IMG/VR virus record: IMGVR_UViG_3300031910_000003
Location: 4,702 to 68,701 of that record
Source: a virus
Lineage: Duplodnaviria; Caudoviricetes
Length of the DNA: 64,000 bases
Reading direction: 5' to 3' (one strand)
The first letter of the stretch is position 1. Each line of letters opens with the position of its first letter. The notes below the pieces were generated by a model, which was not told the DNA's origin, did no database searches, and saw nothing but the letters and a program-made list of their open reading frames with translations. Shown here piece by piece: positions 46,252-55,001 of this stretch. The translations under genes and the position numbers were made by a program.

Positions 46252-46469
46252 TGGGTCAGCCCCAGCGCGCGCAGGTGCTTGCAGGTGTGGCCCTTGTGAT
46301 AGATCGCACCCGGGCAGCTGCAGCCCCATTGGCCGCTCGCCTTGCGCTGCGCCACCACATAGGTGCGGGCGCTGCTGGCGCTGCTGATCTCAAAGCGGTT
46401 TTGGTAGCTGTCGTTGGCGGGCAGCGCCTTGGCGCCCATCCGGTTCAGGGTTTCGAGGACTTCTTGCAT
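46248..46469 (-). CDS. SWIM zinc-finger protein
   Basis: YVV..W.CSCP..Y..CKHL; leader motif at 46476. Confidence 0.75.
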   Translation of the reverse strand: MQEVLETLNRMGAKALPANDSYQNRFEISSASSARTYVVAQRKASGQWGCSCPGAIYHKGHTCKHLRALGLTQ

Positions 46470-46504
46470 CTCAGGCTCCATCGGAAGGAAAAAGATCAAT
46501 AAAC

Positions 46505-46840
46505 TCAAGCACTTAAGAATATCAGACAGGCTACTAGAGTCACGCAAAAAGCCCCGGTTAACCGTTTATTTACTGGCCGGACCTCGAACGTCACGCCGTC
46601 GATGCGCAGCTCGGTCAATCCCTCGACCGGGATCGAGCGCCAGGCGTGCTTGTCCTGGTCCCACACCACGATCAGGCTGTCGGTGGTCTTGCGGCCGGTG
46701 CCCTTCAGCTCGCCGACCTCGGCAAAGCGGCACCACATCTGGCGGACCTCGCCATTGCTGCGCTTGATGAAGGTGCAGCCAAAAAACCGGCCGGCGGTGG
46801 CGCGGATCAAGCGCGAGGCCTGCTGCGGAGTGATCGCCAT
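46505..46840 (-). CDS. SH3/WYL-like beta-barrel protein
   Basis: F.C.FIKRSNGEVR.M..VWD.DK.AWRSI..L. Confidence 0.55.
   Translation of the reverse strand: MAITPQQASRLIRATAGRFFGCTFIKRSNGEVRQMWCRFAEVGELKGTGRKTTDSLIVVWDQDKHAWRSIPVEGLTELRIDGVTFEVRPVNKRLTGAFCVTLVACLIFLSA
46516..46543 (-). promoter_or_regulatory. Leftward module promoter
   Basis: GTGACT-N16-TATTCT. Confidence 0.5.
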
Positions 46841-46844
46841 TGGC

Positions 46845-47048
46845 TCACTCGCCGAGCAAGGACCAGCGCGGCTCGTCGAGTAGACGCTGCGGCTGGTTTT
46901 TCCAGATCCGCCCATCGTCCCATTCAATGATCATCGTGCCGGCGCTCGAGGGCGTGCCCTGCAGCGCCACGATGCGGCCAGTGAACCCGTCGCCGATGCC
47001 GGTGCGCCAATGCACCCGGTCGTTCACCTGCGGGATGCGGGCGGTCAT
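46845..47048 (-). CDS. SH3-like small protein
   Basis: DRVHW..FTGRIV..IEWDDG. Confidence 0.5.
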   Translation of the reverse strand: MTARIPQVNDRVHWRTGIGDGFTGRIVALQGTPSSAGTMIIEWDDGRIWKNQPQRLLDEPRWSLLGE

Positions 47049-47737
47049 GCGACCGCCCTCAGCTTGGCGCTGGCGCCGGTCAGCACCGCAACGCCGTGCT
47101 CGGTGTCGACCGCCCGCGCGTCCTTGCCCCACGGCAGCCCGTAGTGCTTGGCGCAGACCGGACCGTAACCCACCGCTGTCGAGCGCTCGTCGGTCAGAGC
47201 GGTGTTGCAGAAGCAGCACACCCCGGTCAGGTGGCCGTACTCGGCCGCCGCCTTGGCGGGATCCTCGGCCATCGCCTTCAGCGCCAGCGCCACTGCGGTC
47301 TGTGTCGTCTCGTCGTACTTGCGGGAGGGCTCGAACTGGCCGTCGCGGGTGACCCGGCCGTACCAGTCGCGCGAGCCATAGCCGCCGGCGGCGGAGCAGA
47401 CGTTGATGCTGCCCGGGGCCTTCGACTTCGCGCCGGCGATGTTCAGCCGGATGTCGCGGCCGTTGGCGCGCACGATCACCGCCGGGTGCTTCAGGTGCTT
47501 GGCGGCGCGCTCGAGCAGGTCGACGATGCCTTTGACCGACCCGACGTCGGTGGTCTGGCGCTCTTGGGGCTGGGTGGCGCGGCGGGTCAGCTCGCCGACC
47601 CAATACCACTGCTTGTCGCTGAGGCCGCGGCTCTTGCCGCGCTTGCCTTCGTGCTGCAGGATCAGGCTTTCCGCGAACTCGTAGTCGCGCCCGTGCAGTT
47701 GATCCAATACTGCCCGGAGGGGTTCGATTGACTGCAT
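47045..47737 (-). CDS. DUF6011-like protein
   Basis: CCFCN..LTDERS..VGYGPVCA; leader motif at 47744. Confidence 0.75.
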   Translation of the reverse strand: MQSIEPLRAVLDQLHGRDYEFAESLILQHEGKRGKSRGLSDKQWYWVGELTRRATQPQERQTTDVGSVKGIVDLLERAAKHLKHPAVIVRANGRDIRLNIAGAKSKAPGSINVCSAAGGYGSRDWYGRVTRDGQFEPSRKYDETTQTAVALALKAMAEDPAKAAAEYGHLTGVCCFCNTALTDERSTAVGYGPVCAKHYGLPWGKDARAVDTEHGVAVLTGASAKLRAVA

Positions 47738-47776
47738 GATGTGCTCCTCGGAAGGAAAAAGTTCAACAACATCAAT

Positions 47777-47806
47777 AACCTAGCATAGTTCGCGCAGTAG
47801 TGGCAG
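47777..47806 (-). promoter_or_regulatory. Leftward module promoter
   Basis: CTGCCA-N18-(TGc)TAGGTT; AT-rich leader. Confidence 0.45.
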
Positions 47807-47825
47807 AAAAATGCGCAGTGCGCGC

Positions 47826-47849
47826 AAAAAAAAGCGCGCCGGAGCGCGC
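47826..47849 (-). terminator. Rho-independent terminator
   Basis: gcgcgc-tccg-gcgcgc followed by T8 on the - strand. Confidence 0.75.
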
Positions 47850-47941
47850 GCCTTGCACTGAAAAGGGGGCTTAGCTCAGTGCGTCAGGGCAGTGAGTCAA
47901 TGCGGCGGGCAAACGCCGCGGCCTTGCGCCATGAGTTGCGG

Positions 47942-48400
47942 CTACGGACTTCCGCGCTCAGTGGCGCGGCGTGTTGCGCGGCGCTGTTCGAGATGGCTCG
48001 GCGAAAACCGCCTGACCCGCGCCTGGTACACCGCGGGCTCACCGCGATCGAATTTCGCGAGGGCTGCTTCGACGCGTTGCCGGCGGCCGCTGCGGTCGTC
48101 AAGTTCGCGGTCTGCTTGAAACGCCCGGGCAAACTCGTCTAGCGCCCTGCGGATCGACAGCACGTCCCAATCGAGCGATTTGGTAATCGCACCCAGCGAC
48201 GCACCGTCTAGCCATCGCCGTGCGATCTCCGCCTGCTCAGCAAGCGTGAGCTCGACAAAGGCTGGTGGTGTCTTGGCCTTGGCCAGGCGCTTGCGTGCGG
48301 CGGTGATGCGAACGGCGCGGTAGCGCGCGACGTCAGCCTCGATTTCCGCCAGCACCTCGGCCGGAAGATCGTCGGCGGTGTCGGAATCAGTCATCGGCAT
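47942..48400 (-). CDS. HTH-like hypothetical protein
   Basis: EIARRWLDGASL.AI...L. Confidence 0.5.
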   Translation of the reverse strand: MPMTDSDTADDLPAEVLAEIEADVARYRAVRITAARKRLAKAKTPPAFVELTLAEQAEIARRWLDGASLGAITKSLDWDVLSIRRALDEFARAFQADRELDDRSGRRQRVEAALAKFDRGEPAVYQARVRRFSPSHLEQRRATRRATERGSP

Positions 48401-48402
48401 CG

Positions 48403-49188
48403 TCAGCCAAACAGGCGGCGGCGCAATTCCTTCATGGTCATCGCACGGTCGCCGGCCACCGCTTCGGCAAAGTCACCAGCGGTGCACTCGTAGGGCGGTG
48501 TCAGCCGCCCCTGCGGCAGCTGGTACACGACGCGGACCGGTGTCTTGATCACCTTGGCGTCATTGAGCCAATGCAGTCTGATATATCGGCTGTGTGCGAC
48601 CAGGAAGCGTTTGAGCTTGGCGAAAGGCCACTGCCCCTCATCGCCGATGCGCCGCGGGTGCCGCCGATCCCGCGCGAACATCTCAAAGGCACGCTCGGTA
48701 AACGCCCGATGGTCGAGTTCGGGCAGTCTGCGATAATCCCAAAGCACATCGACGTCGTGCAGCTGGCTCGCCTCGGTGCGGTAGCTGCCGAAGATCGCCA
48801 ACCCGGTCACTTCGACAAGGTGATCCTGCCGCGCGGCCGCGGCCGCCTGGGTGCGCTCGAGCAGCCCCGTGACGAGCCGATCGGCTGTGGCGCGGCTGAT
48901 CGCCGGCAAAAATAGCGCGGCGCAGAGACTGCTGCCCGCGGACCCGATCTCGTGGAGCGGCACATCGGGGTCCCGGAATCCGCTTGCCCGCTTTCTCGAG
49001 CGCTTCGCCAAACGGCGTCTGAGCATTTCGGCCAACAGTCGCTCCGCCGCTGGTTGGTCGAGAGCGAAGAACTCGACGACGTCATCGATCTGGAATTTGT
49101 CGGACATCGATCCGCGCACCATGCGGAGGAACTCGCGCACCCGGGCGATGGGCAGACCGTCGACGGTATCGGTTCGGTCGAACTTCAT
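48403..49188 (-). CDS. Pol-beta-superfamily (minimal) nucleotidyltransferase with N-terminal extension
   Basis: LAIFGSY......HDVDV (GS-x-DxD). Confidence 0.7.
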   Translation of the reverse strand: MKFDRTDTVDGLPIARVREFLRMVRGSMSDKFQIDDVVEFFALDQPAAERLLAEMLRRRLAKRSRKRASGFRDPDVPLHEIGSAGSSLCAALFLPAISRATADRLVTGLLERTQAAAAARQDHLVEVTGLAIFGSYRTEASQLHDVDVLWDYRRLPELDHRAFTERAFEMFARDRRHPRRIGDEGQWPFAKLKRFLVAHSRYIRLHWLNDAKVIKTPVRVVYQLPQGRLTPPYECTAGDFAEAVAGDRAMTMKELRRRLFG

Positions 49189-49418
49189 TCGGTGGCCTCT
49201 GGAGCCAGTCCCTCAAGGCGGCGCAGCCGCTCGCCCTGGCGCGAGACTTGGCTGTGGGTCGCGCGGATCTCGGCTAAGAGTCGGGTGTGGCTGTTGTCGA
49301 GCCGCTGCACGATGGCGGTGAGCACGTTCACGTCATCGCGTAAGCTGGCGAGCTCGGCCAGCATCCGATCCTGCTGACGCGCCAGAAACTCCAGCGTGAC
49401 CGGTTCGCGTTCGCTCAT
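49185..49418 (-). CDS. Small coiled-coil protein
   Basis: Heptads; partial leader motif at 49427. Confidence 0.6.
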   Translation of the reverse strand: MSEREPVTLEFLARQQDRMLAELASLRDDVNVLTAIVQRLDNSHTRLLAEIRATHSQVSRQGERLRRLEGLAPEATE

Positions 49419-49795
49419 TCGGCAGACTCCTCGGAAGAGCAGAGCGCGCCCTGCGCTATCCCGGTCCCTTCGTTCCAGGTGCCGCAGCCGCAGAGCCATT
49501 GGCCGGCGTGGTTGATCACGTCGACCTTGGTCGGATTGAACACGTCGCCGCAGTCGCGGCACTGGATGATCTCGCCGGTGCGGTCGTAGTAGACGGTTTC
49601 GTCGGGCTCGCTCAGATCGATCAGCGCGACGCGCTGGCAGTCGCTCGGATGGTCGCTGCCTTGGTAGCGCTCGAAGACGTCGAACACGGTGGCGGTCGTG
49701 TCCGGTTTGGCTTGGTACTCGCGCGCCTTCTCGGCGGCTTGCTGCGGGTTGTCGGCCTCGAGGTCGATTTCCCAGCGGACGAGATAAGCGGTCAT
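49415..49795 (-). CDS. Hypothetical protein with Zn ribbon
   Basis: YLVRWEIDLEA..P.QAA.KA; CRDC..CGC. Confidence 0.65.
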   Translation of the reverse strand: MTAYLVRWEIDLEADNPQQAAEKAREYQAKPDTTATVFDVFERYQGSDHPSDCQRVALIDLSEPDETVYYDRTGEIIQCRDCGDVFNPTKVDVINHAGQWLCGCGTWNEGTGIAQGALCSSEESAE

Positions 49796-50034
49796 AGCCC
49801 GAAGCTCTGTGCCAGTTTTTCGGATTGCTCTTCCCCCACCTCGGCGATGCAGTCGACTGCCAGCATAACCTCGTGGCGAAACAGCTCGACCGAGAGATGG
49901 TCGAGTGTGCCGTGCGCGATGCGCATCCAGGCCTCGACGTGCCGCGGGTTGGCCTCGGGTGCGAGTCTGCGGATCAGGCCTTGGTAGCTAGTGACGGTCA
50001 TTGTTATGTCCCCCGTGGTTGTGACGGCGCTCAT
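49792..50034 (-). CDS. Hypothetical protein
   Basis: NPRHVEAWMR..HGTLDHLS...F. Confidence 0.6.
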   Translation of the reverse strand: MSAVTTTGDITMTVTSYQGLIRRLAPEANPRHVEAWMRIAHGTLDHLSVELFRHEVMLAVDCIAEVGEEQSEKLAQSFGL

Positions 50035-50558
50035 GACTTGCGCCTCCGTCGCCTGGGCTCGATGATCTCGAGGGGCCAAGGAAATTTCGTCACCTCGATC
50101 ATCAGCAGTAGCTCGTCGGCGAGCGTGCCGGCGGCGTAGTGCTTTTGGACCTCTTCGGCGTCGAGGAGCGGGCCGCTGCCGATCTCGGTGATCGACCATT
50201 CGAGGCTGATCGGATTGCCGGTTTGGCTTGACTCCTTGGGCTGACGCGCCGGATCGAAAAACTCCATGTGCGGGTGCCACTCGCCGCCGGCCTCGCACTC
50301 GGCCTTGTGGATCAGACCGAGCTCGCGGCAGAGCGACTGAACGTTCTCAAACTGGCCCCACGACGCTTCGTTGGCGCACAGGTACAGGTGGCGCTTCTCT
50401 CTGGCGCAGGCCTCGATCTCGGCGAGCGCTTTGTCTTCGTCGAGCGCGCCCCAATCGGGTCCGCAGCGGTCCTCGACGATCGCCTCGACCAGGCTGTCGA
50501 GATCGCGGCGCTTGATCTTGCCGCCGATCGTGATCGCGGCGTTGGCGTATTCGCCCAT
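50031..50558 (-). CDS. Hypothetical protein
   Basis: Coupled ORF. Confidence 0.6.
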   Translation of the reverse strand: MGEYANAAITIGGKIKRRDLDSLVEAIVEDRCGPDWGALDEDKALAEIEACAREKRHLYLCANEASWGQFENVQSLCRELGLIHKAECEAGGEWHPHMEFFDPARQPKESSQTGNPISLEWSITEIGSGPLLDAEEVQKHYAAGTLADELLLMIEVTKFPWPLEIIEPRRRRRKS

Positions 50559-51013
50559 CAGCGTTGCTCCTGTTTCGTGACCAGCGCCAAGGCGATCTGG
50601 TGCAGCTTGGTGCCGGGCGCGTTGCTCGCGGCGCGCGCTCTGACAAAGGCGATGGCCGCCGCGTCGTCGGCGAAGGTGTCGCTGTCGTCGTCCCGCTGGA
50701 TGGCGAGAGGGCCATGCCCGGCGCTGGTCAAGCACATGCACCAGCCTTCCAGCTGGGCGATCAGCATCGCCGGCCCGGTCAATTGCCCGTCGCCGACAAT
50801 CTCGTCGTGTCTCAGCTGATCGGTGAGCAGCAGCAGCCTCTCGGTCGCCTCTTCGAGAAAGGCGCCGGGCCCATCGTCACAGGTCACTTGCCGCAGCCCA
50901 TCGACATCGAGCTCGCGTTGATCCTGCAATTTCAGATCGTAGGTTGCCGCCGCGAGCAGCCGCCAGCAAGCGAGCACGGTGTCGTAATCGAACAGCACGC
51001 GCGGTGTCGTCAT
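50558..51013 (-). CDS. Hypothetical protein
   Basis: Coupled ORF. Confidence 0.6.
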   Translation of the reverse strand: MTTPRVLFDYDTVLACWRLLAAATYDLKLQDQRELDVDGLRQVTCDDGPGAFLEEATERLLLLTDQLRHDEIVGDGQLTGPAMLIAQLEGWCMCLTSAGHGPLAIQRDDDSDTFADDAAAIAFVRARAASNAPGTKLHQIALALVTKQEQR

Positions 51014-51014
51014 G

Positions 51015-51488
51015 TCATCGGTGCTCCTCGTCGAGATCGGCCGAGTGCCGCTTAGGGCAAAAATCTTCATGCGGACCCGTATCGTCGATGGCGCTACCGC
51101 CGCACTCGGGACAGATTGCGAGCGCGTCGCGAGCAGCCTTGTAGGCGATGTCGACGTCATCCCAATCGATGCTGCCGCCATCGCCCTGCGCCTCGCTATT
51201 TGCGTAGGCTTGCACGAGCAGCCGGCAGGCCTTTGCGGCCGGTCCCTCGCCGGCGATCTCTTGCAGTGCGGCGATGATCTCGGGGAGTGCCGACTTGGCG
51301 ATCGACACGCGGCACGCTTCACAGGTCTTGCCGCGGCTGGTGATCGGGCTCAGCAGGATACTGGCTTCGCGATCTTGTTCGCTGGTCGACGAGACGTCGT
51401 AGATCTCGAGGCCATGCGTTTGCACATAGCGATTGCGACCGAGGCTATCGCGGTAACACGGCCTCGCAAACTTGATGATTCTGATCAC
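51015..51488 (-). CDS. Hypothetical protein
   Basis: Leader motif at 51496; CPEC..H..C. Confidence 0.65.
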   Translation of the reverse strand: MIRIIKFARPCYRDSLGRNRYVQTHGLEIYDVSSTSEQDREASILLSPITSRGKTCEACRVSIAKSALPEIIAALQEIAGEGPAAKACRLLVQAYANSEAQGDGGSIDWDDVDIAYKAARDALAICPECGGSAIDDTGPHEDFCPKRHSADLDEEHR

Positions 51489-51527
51489 TGTGTTGCTCCA
51501 TCGGAAGGAAGGGGGGGAAGGGTACCG

Positions 51528-52136
51528 CTATTTCTTGCGGCTTTCGAGCCAGGATCGAGGGACGACCGGGACGTCTGGCTCAACACCCGGTCGGGGAACG
51601 ACGTGAGTCGGTGGTGGCTTGGTGACCGGTTGACGCGGTTGCTTGCCGCCGCGCGGCGGTGACAGTTGGAGCTCGGGCACCTTGATGCCGAGCGTCTCTT
51701 CGAACCATACCGCGACGAGCCGGCGATGGCACCAGTTCTGTGGCACGCTGAACGGTGGCACTTCCCAGCACAGCAGCACCGGCTCTTCGGGTGCGACGAG
51801 CGCGACCAGCTCGGCATAGACCTGCTTGGGGTCGAGCCGCCCCAGCATCTCGCCGTACAACTCGCAATACCGCTCGTAGCTGACGCTGTTGAACCACGGC
51901 CCAGGCGCCAGCTTCGAGTACATGCGGTAGCCTGCCGGGTGATTGCGCGGCGCAAACCGCGCGATGCTGATCCGGCCGGGGCCGCTGTAGGTTCGGAACG
52001 AGCTTGTCTTCACCGCAACGCCTTTCCTTAGTGCCCGTGCAATTGTAGCACGTGACGGCGGCACTGGCACGGTGGTTGCGCGTGTCGCGACGATCGCCGC
52101 GGCAATCAGCTCCAGGTCACTGATTGGCTTGGCCAT
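51528..52136 (-). CDS. DUF488-like protein
   Basis: RISIAR.AP..LAP..Y..LD..VLLCWE..CHRRLVA.W. Confidence 0.75.
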   Translation of the reverse strand: MAKPISDLELIAAAIVATRATTVPVPPSRATIARALRKGVAVKTSSFRTYSGPGRISIARFAPRNHPAGYRMYSKLAPGPWFNSVSYERYCELYGEMLGRLDPKQVYAELVALVAPEEPVLLCWEVPPFSVPQNWCHRRLVAVWFEETLGIKVPELQLSPPRGGKQPRQPVTKPPPTHVVPRPGVEPDVPVVPRSWLESRKK

Positions 52137-52139
52137 CGC

Positions 52140-53045
52140 TCAGGCGATCGGTTCGATTTCTTGGTACCGAGCCGGATCGATGACCATGCCGCAGCCGGGC
52201 TGCTGCGAGCGGTACTCGTCCTTTGGCAACAGGAAGTAGCGCTTGGCGACACCGGGCTCACGCGAGCCGCCGATCGTGGCCATGACGCCGGTCTTGCCCT
52301 CGGGCACCTTCTCGTGCCACTCGCCCCAGGCGCAGATGACCATCAGGTCATTGGCGTGCGCCGCCTCGAACACTTTGATGTCGCGTTTGAAGCTCTCGCC
52401 CGGTTTGAGCTCGACACCGTAGAACTTCTCGTAGGCGTCAGGGTGCCAGTTGCGCATCGTGTCGCGCGCGCTCTGGAGGGTCGTGGCGACGTCGCCCTCG
52501 CCGTGGCAGATAAAGGCAGTCGGGAAGACGGTCGCGACGATCGCCCAATCGCAATCTTCCTCGTACCATCCGCCTTCTCGGCGCATGTAGTCGGGGACCT
52601 GGGCGTTGTGCGCGCGGTCGAGATGGAAGCCGCCGTGGCTCGGGGTGTCGTACCAGGTCACCCCCGGCACGTATTCCTCGGCATTGTCGGCGTGCCCCCA
52701 AGGGGTTCTCTTGCAGACCGCGGTTGTTGGGCCGGTGAACCGCAGCGTCCACGATTTCGGCCCGGCCGGATAATAGATGACCGTCCCGTCGGCGTTGAAC
52801 CGCAGCTCCGCGGCCTTGGGCAGTTCGGCCCACATCTCGACGATCTCGCCATCCGGATGGCGCGGGCCGTCGAAGTAGTAGCCGTTCTTCTGGATCCCCG
52901 GGCGCCCGCTCTTGCGCGTCAGCTTGGGCCGACGCCAGCTGCCGACCAGCCGAGGCTGCCAATGGGCGAGCACGGCGATCACGACACCGGGTGTCTCGAT
53001 CGCGCGCTGCAGGGCGGCTCGTGAGTCGATATTGATCTGGCTCAC
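52140..53045 (-). CDS. DUF7007-like protein
   Basis: TPWG.AD..TPSHGGF.L..WYEEDCDWA. Confidence 0.7.
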   Translation of the reverse strand: MSQINIDSRAALQRAIETPGVVIAVLAHWQPRLVGSWRRPKLTRKSGRPGIQKNGYYFDGPRHPDGEIVEMWAELPKAAELRFNADGTVIYYPAGPKSWTLRFTGPTTAVCKRTPWGHADNAEEYVPGVTWYDTPSHGGFHLDRAHNAQVPDYMRREGGWYEEDCDWAIVATVFPTAFICHGEGDVATTLQSARDTMRNWHPDAYEKFYGVELKPGESFKRDIKVFEAAHANDLMVICAWGEWHEKVPEGKTGVMATIGGSREPGVAKRYFLLPKDEYRSQQPGCGMVIDPARYQEIEPIA

Positions 53046-53329
53046 TGTGCGGCCTCCGGCAGGGTCGCGGCGATCTGCTCGAAAGCCGACACTGGTGCGG
53101 TCTTGAGGAAATAGAGCTCGCCGCTCTTGCGCAGCTTGCCGGCTCGCACGAGCCCGCGCATGAACTGCTCGTAGGTTTCGAGGCTACAGCCCTGCCCCAT
53201 CAGCGCGGCGTAGATCACGCCGCCCGGGGCACCGGTCGGGCCGGCGGCTTTGACCGCCTCGACGATCGCGTCGCAGATCGCGCGGATGGCGCGCGCCTGC
53301 TCGGGTGTCATTTGTGGCATTGGTAACAT
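53042..53329 (-). CDS. Winged-helix-like small protein
   Basis: GAPGGVIYAALM..LE.YE..M..LV..G; leader motif at 53332; start may be 53320. Confidence 0.6.
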   Translation of the reverse strand: MLPMPQMTPEQARAIRAICDAIVEAVKAAGPTGAPGGVIYAALMGQGCSLETYEQFMRGLVRAGKLRKSGELYFLKTAPVSAFEQIAATLPEAAQ

Positions 53330-53377
53330 TGCTCCATCGGAAGGATGCGCCGGAGACCGCCGGCGCGCGGTGTTGGG

Positions 53378-53602
53378 TCAGTTGTATCGGACGGTGAGTC
53401 CTTGCTCGTGGCATCGTTCAGCAAACGCCGTCGCTGCGGCAGAGGGCAGATAAACCGCGCCGAGCCTGACGTTGTACTTGGCGCGCAAATTCGCCATCGC
53501 CGAGCGACCCGCATCACTCAGCGAGTCGACCGACGCGTAACACTCGCCGCGGCGTAACGCTTCAGGCGAATTGCCGAGTGCTTTGACGTGAATATCGGCC
53601 AT
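53378..53602 (-). CDS. Hypothetical protein
   Basis: Leader motif at 53611. Confidence 0.65.
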   Translation of the reverse strand: MADIHVKALGNSPEALRRGECYASVDSLSDAGRSAMANLRAKYNVRLGAVYLPSAAATAFAERCHEQGLTVRYN

Positions 53603-53639
53603 TGCATTTGCTCCATCGGAAGGAAAGTAACCAACACTA

Positions 53640-53668
53640 ATTGTAGCACAATAACCGGCTGAGTACAG
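53640..53668 (-). promoter_or_regulatory. Leftward module promoter
   Basis: CTGTAC-N17-(TGc)TACAAT; similar to 42352-42380. Confidence 0.65.
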
Positions 53669-53689
53669 TGTGTTTACTTGGCGGCCTCC

Positions 53690-54307
53690 TCAATCCATGT
53701 TGCACATAACAAGGCACTGCTCATACGGGATGCCGCTCTCCTCGTGCAGCACCGCGGCCGCGTCGCCGGGCCGGTTGGTCGCCGTCGTCGGGTGGTGCTT
53801 GATCAGGTGCGTCAGCCCGCCGATCAGATAGCGGGCGTCCTGGTCGTCGTAGCCCTGGGCGCGGGCGGCTTTGTAGTCGCGCTGCCATTTGCACTGCGCC
53901 AGGAACTCGCCGCGGATCCGCGATACCTCACGCGGTGAGAAGTACACGCCCGGCTTGCCGGCGATCACCGCGTCGAACCATGCGGCGTCGTCTTCGGGCC
54001 ACTTCCAGGCGCAATCGAGGACGTGCTTGAGTGCCCCGAGCTCGGCCTCGCCCCTGGTGGCATAGCCGCCGCTCGGATAGACGTGGCCGGTCTGCGGCTC
54101 GGCGATGCCCTCGATGATCGTGTGCCCCCAGCCCCAGCGCTGGAAGGCGACCAGCGCCACCACGGCGCCGATGCGGATGATCGTCGGCGAGTCCTCGGTC
54201 TGCTTGACGATGTGCTCGAGCTGGCGGCCGGCGTCCTGCTTGGCGGCGGTGACGGTCGGGCCCTCGCCCTCGATGCCGTAATAGGTCAGCTTGATTATCT
54301 TGCTCAC
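53690..54307 (-). CDS. Hypothetical protein
   Basis: GTG start after the leader motif at 54314. Confidence 0.65.
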   Translation of the reverse strand: MSKIIKLTYYGIEGEGPTVTAAKQDAGRQLEHIVKQTEDSPTIIRIGAVVALVAFQRWGWGHTIIEGIAEPQTGHVYPSGGYATRGEAELGALKHVLDCAWKWPEDDAAWFDAVIAGKPGVYFSPREVSRIRGEFLAQCKWQRDYKAARAQGYDDQDARYLIGGLTHLIKHHPTTATNRPGDAAAVLHEESGIPYEQCLVMCNMD

Positions 54308-54374
54308 CTGTGACTCCTCGGAAGGAAGGGTGCGCCGGAAACCGCCGGCGCTCGGTTCATTTCTCGGCTCTGTG

Positions 54375-54953
54375 CTACCAGCACGAGTACGAGGCGACGC
54401 CCTCGGGATTGACCGAATAGCGCTGACAGACCGTCCGGCTCTGTCTGGGCTGCGCCGGGCGCAGCGCGTACTCATATTCGGCGACGGTGCCCGCTGCGTC
54501 GAGCACGGCCCCGAGCACGGTCCCAAGCCCCTGCAAGAAGCCGCCGACTGCCTGATTGGTGCCCGCCTGCGCGATCCGCTGGTCGAGGGTCTGCAAGTCG
54601 GCAAAGGTCCGGTCTTGCCAATAGCCGGCGCAGGTCTCCATTGCCGGGCTCGGCGGCAGTTGCGGGTTCGGCGCGTCGGCGTGGCAATAGGCGGCGTGCT
54701 GCTGGGCGGCGGCATTGATCCGCCGCGTGAGTTCGACCTGGTCGGCCGGACTCAGCTTGCGGCCAACCTCGATCGCGGCGGCGAGATTGCGCACGGCGTT
54801 CGCCTTGAGCCGCGGCGAGGCGCAGACGATGCGCTGCGGCGGGGTCAGGTCAGGGTGGGCGCAGAATGCGTCAGCTAGGGCTTGCACGTCTTGCGCCTGG
54901 GCGCTGCCCGATAGGCCGATGACCGCACAGGTTGCCAAAAGTGCTTTTCTCAC
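54375..54953 (-). CDS. Secreted protein, LprI-like Cys pattern
   Basis: Signal peptide MRKALLATCAVIGLSGSAQA; C..P.LT..QRIVC..P.L..C..C. Confidence 0.5.
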   Translation of the reverse strand: MRKALLATCAVIGLSGSAQAQDVQALADAFCAHPDLTPPQRIVCASPRLKANAVRNLAAAIEVGRKLSPADQVELTRRINAAAQQHAAYCHADAPNPQLPPSPAMETCAGYWQDRTFADLQTLDQRIAQAGTNQAVGGFLQGLGTVLGAVLDAAGTVAEYEYALRPAQPRQSRTVCQRYSVNPEGVASYSCW

Positions 54954-55001
54954 GTCACTTACTCCTTGGGGTATTGCGCCGGAACCGCCGGCGCGCGGAT
55001 C

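Larger units (their letters stand above)
53347..54994. repeat. Three GCGCCGG-N5/6-CCGGCGC hairpins upstream of RBSs
   Basis: 53347-53366, 54332-54351 and 54976-54994. Confidence 0.85.

Noticed and set aside
46556-46572. Full CtrA box TTAA-N7-TTAA
   Set aside because: Reads TTAA-N7-TTTA within a coding region; too weak to call
47879-48142. Plus-strand ORFs under 47942-48400
   Set aside because: No RBS; overlap a better-supported minus-strand gene and terminator
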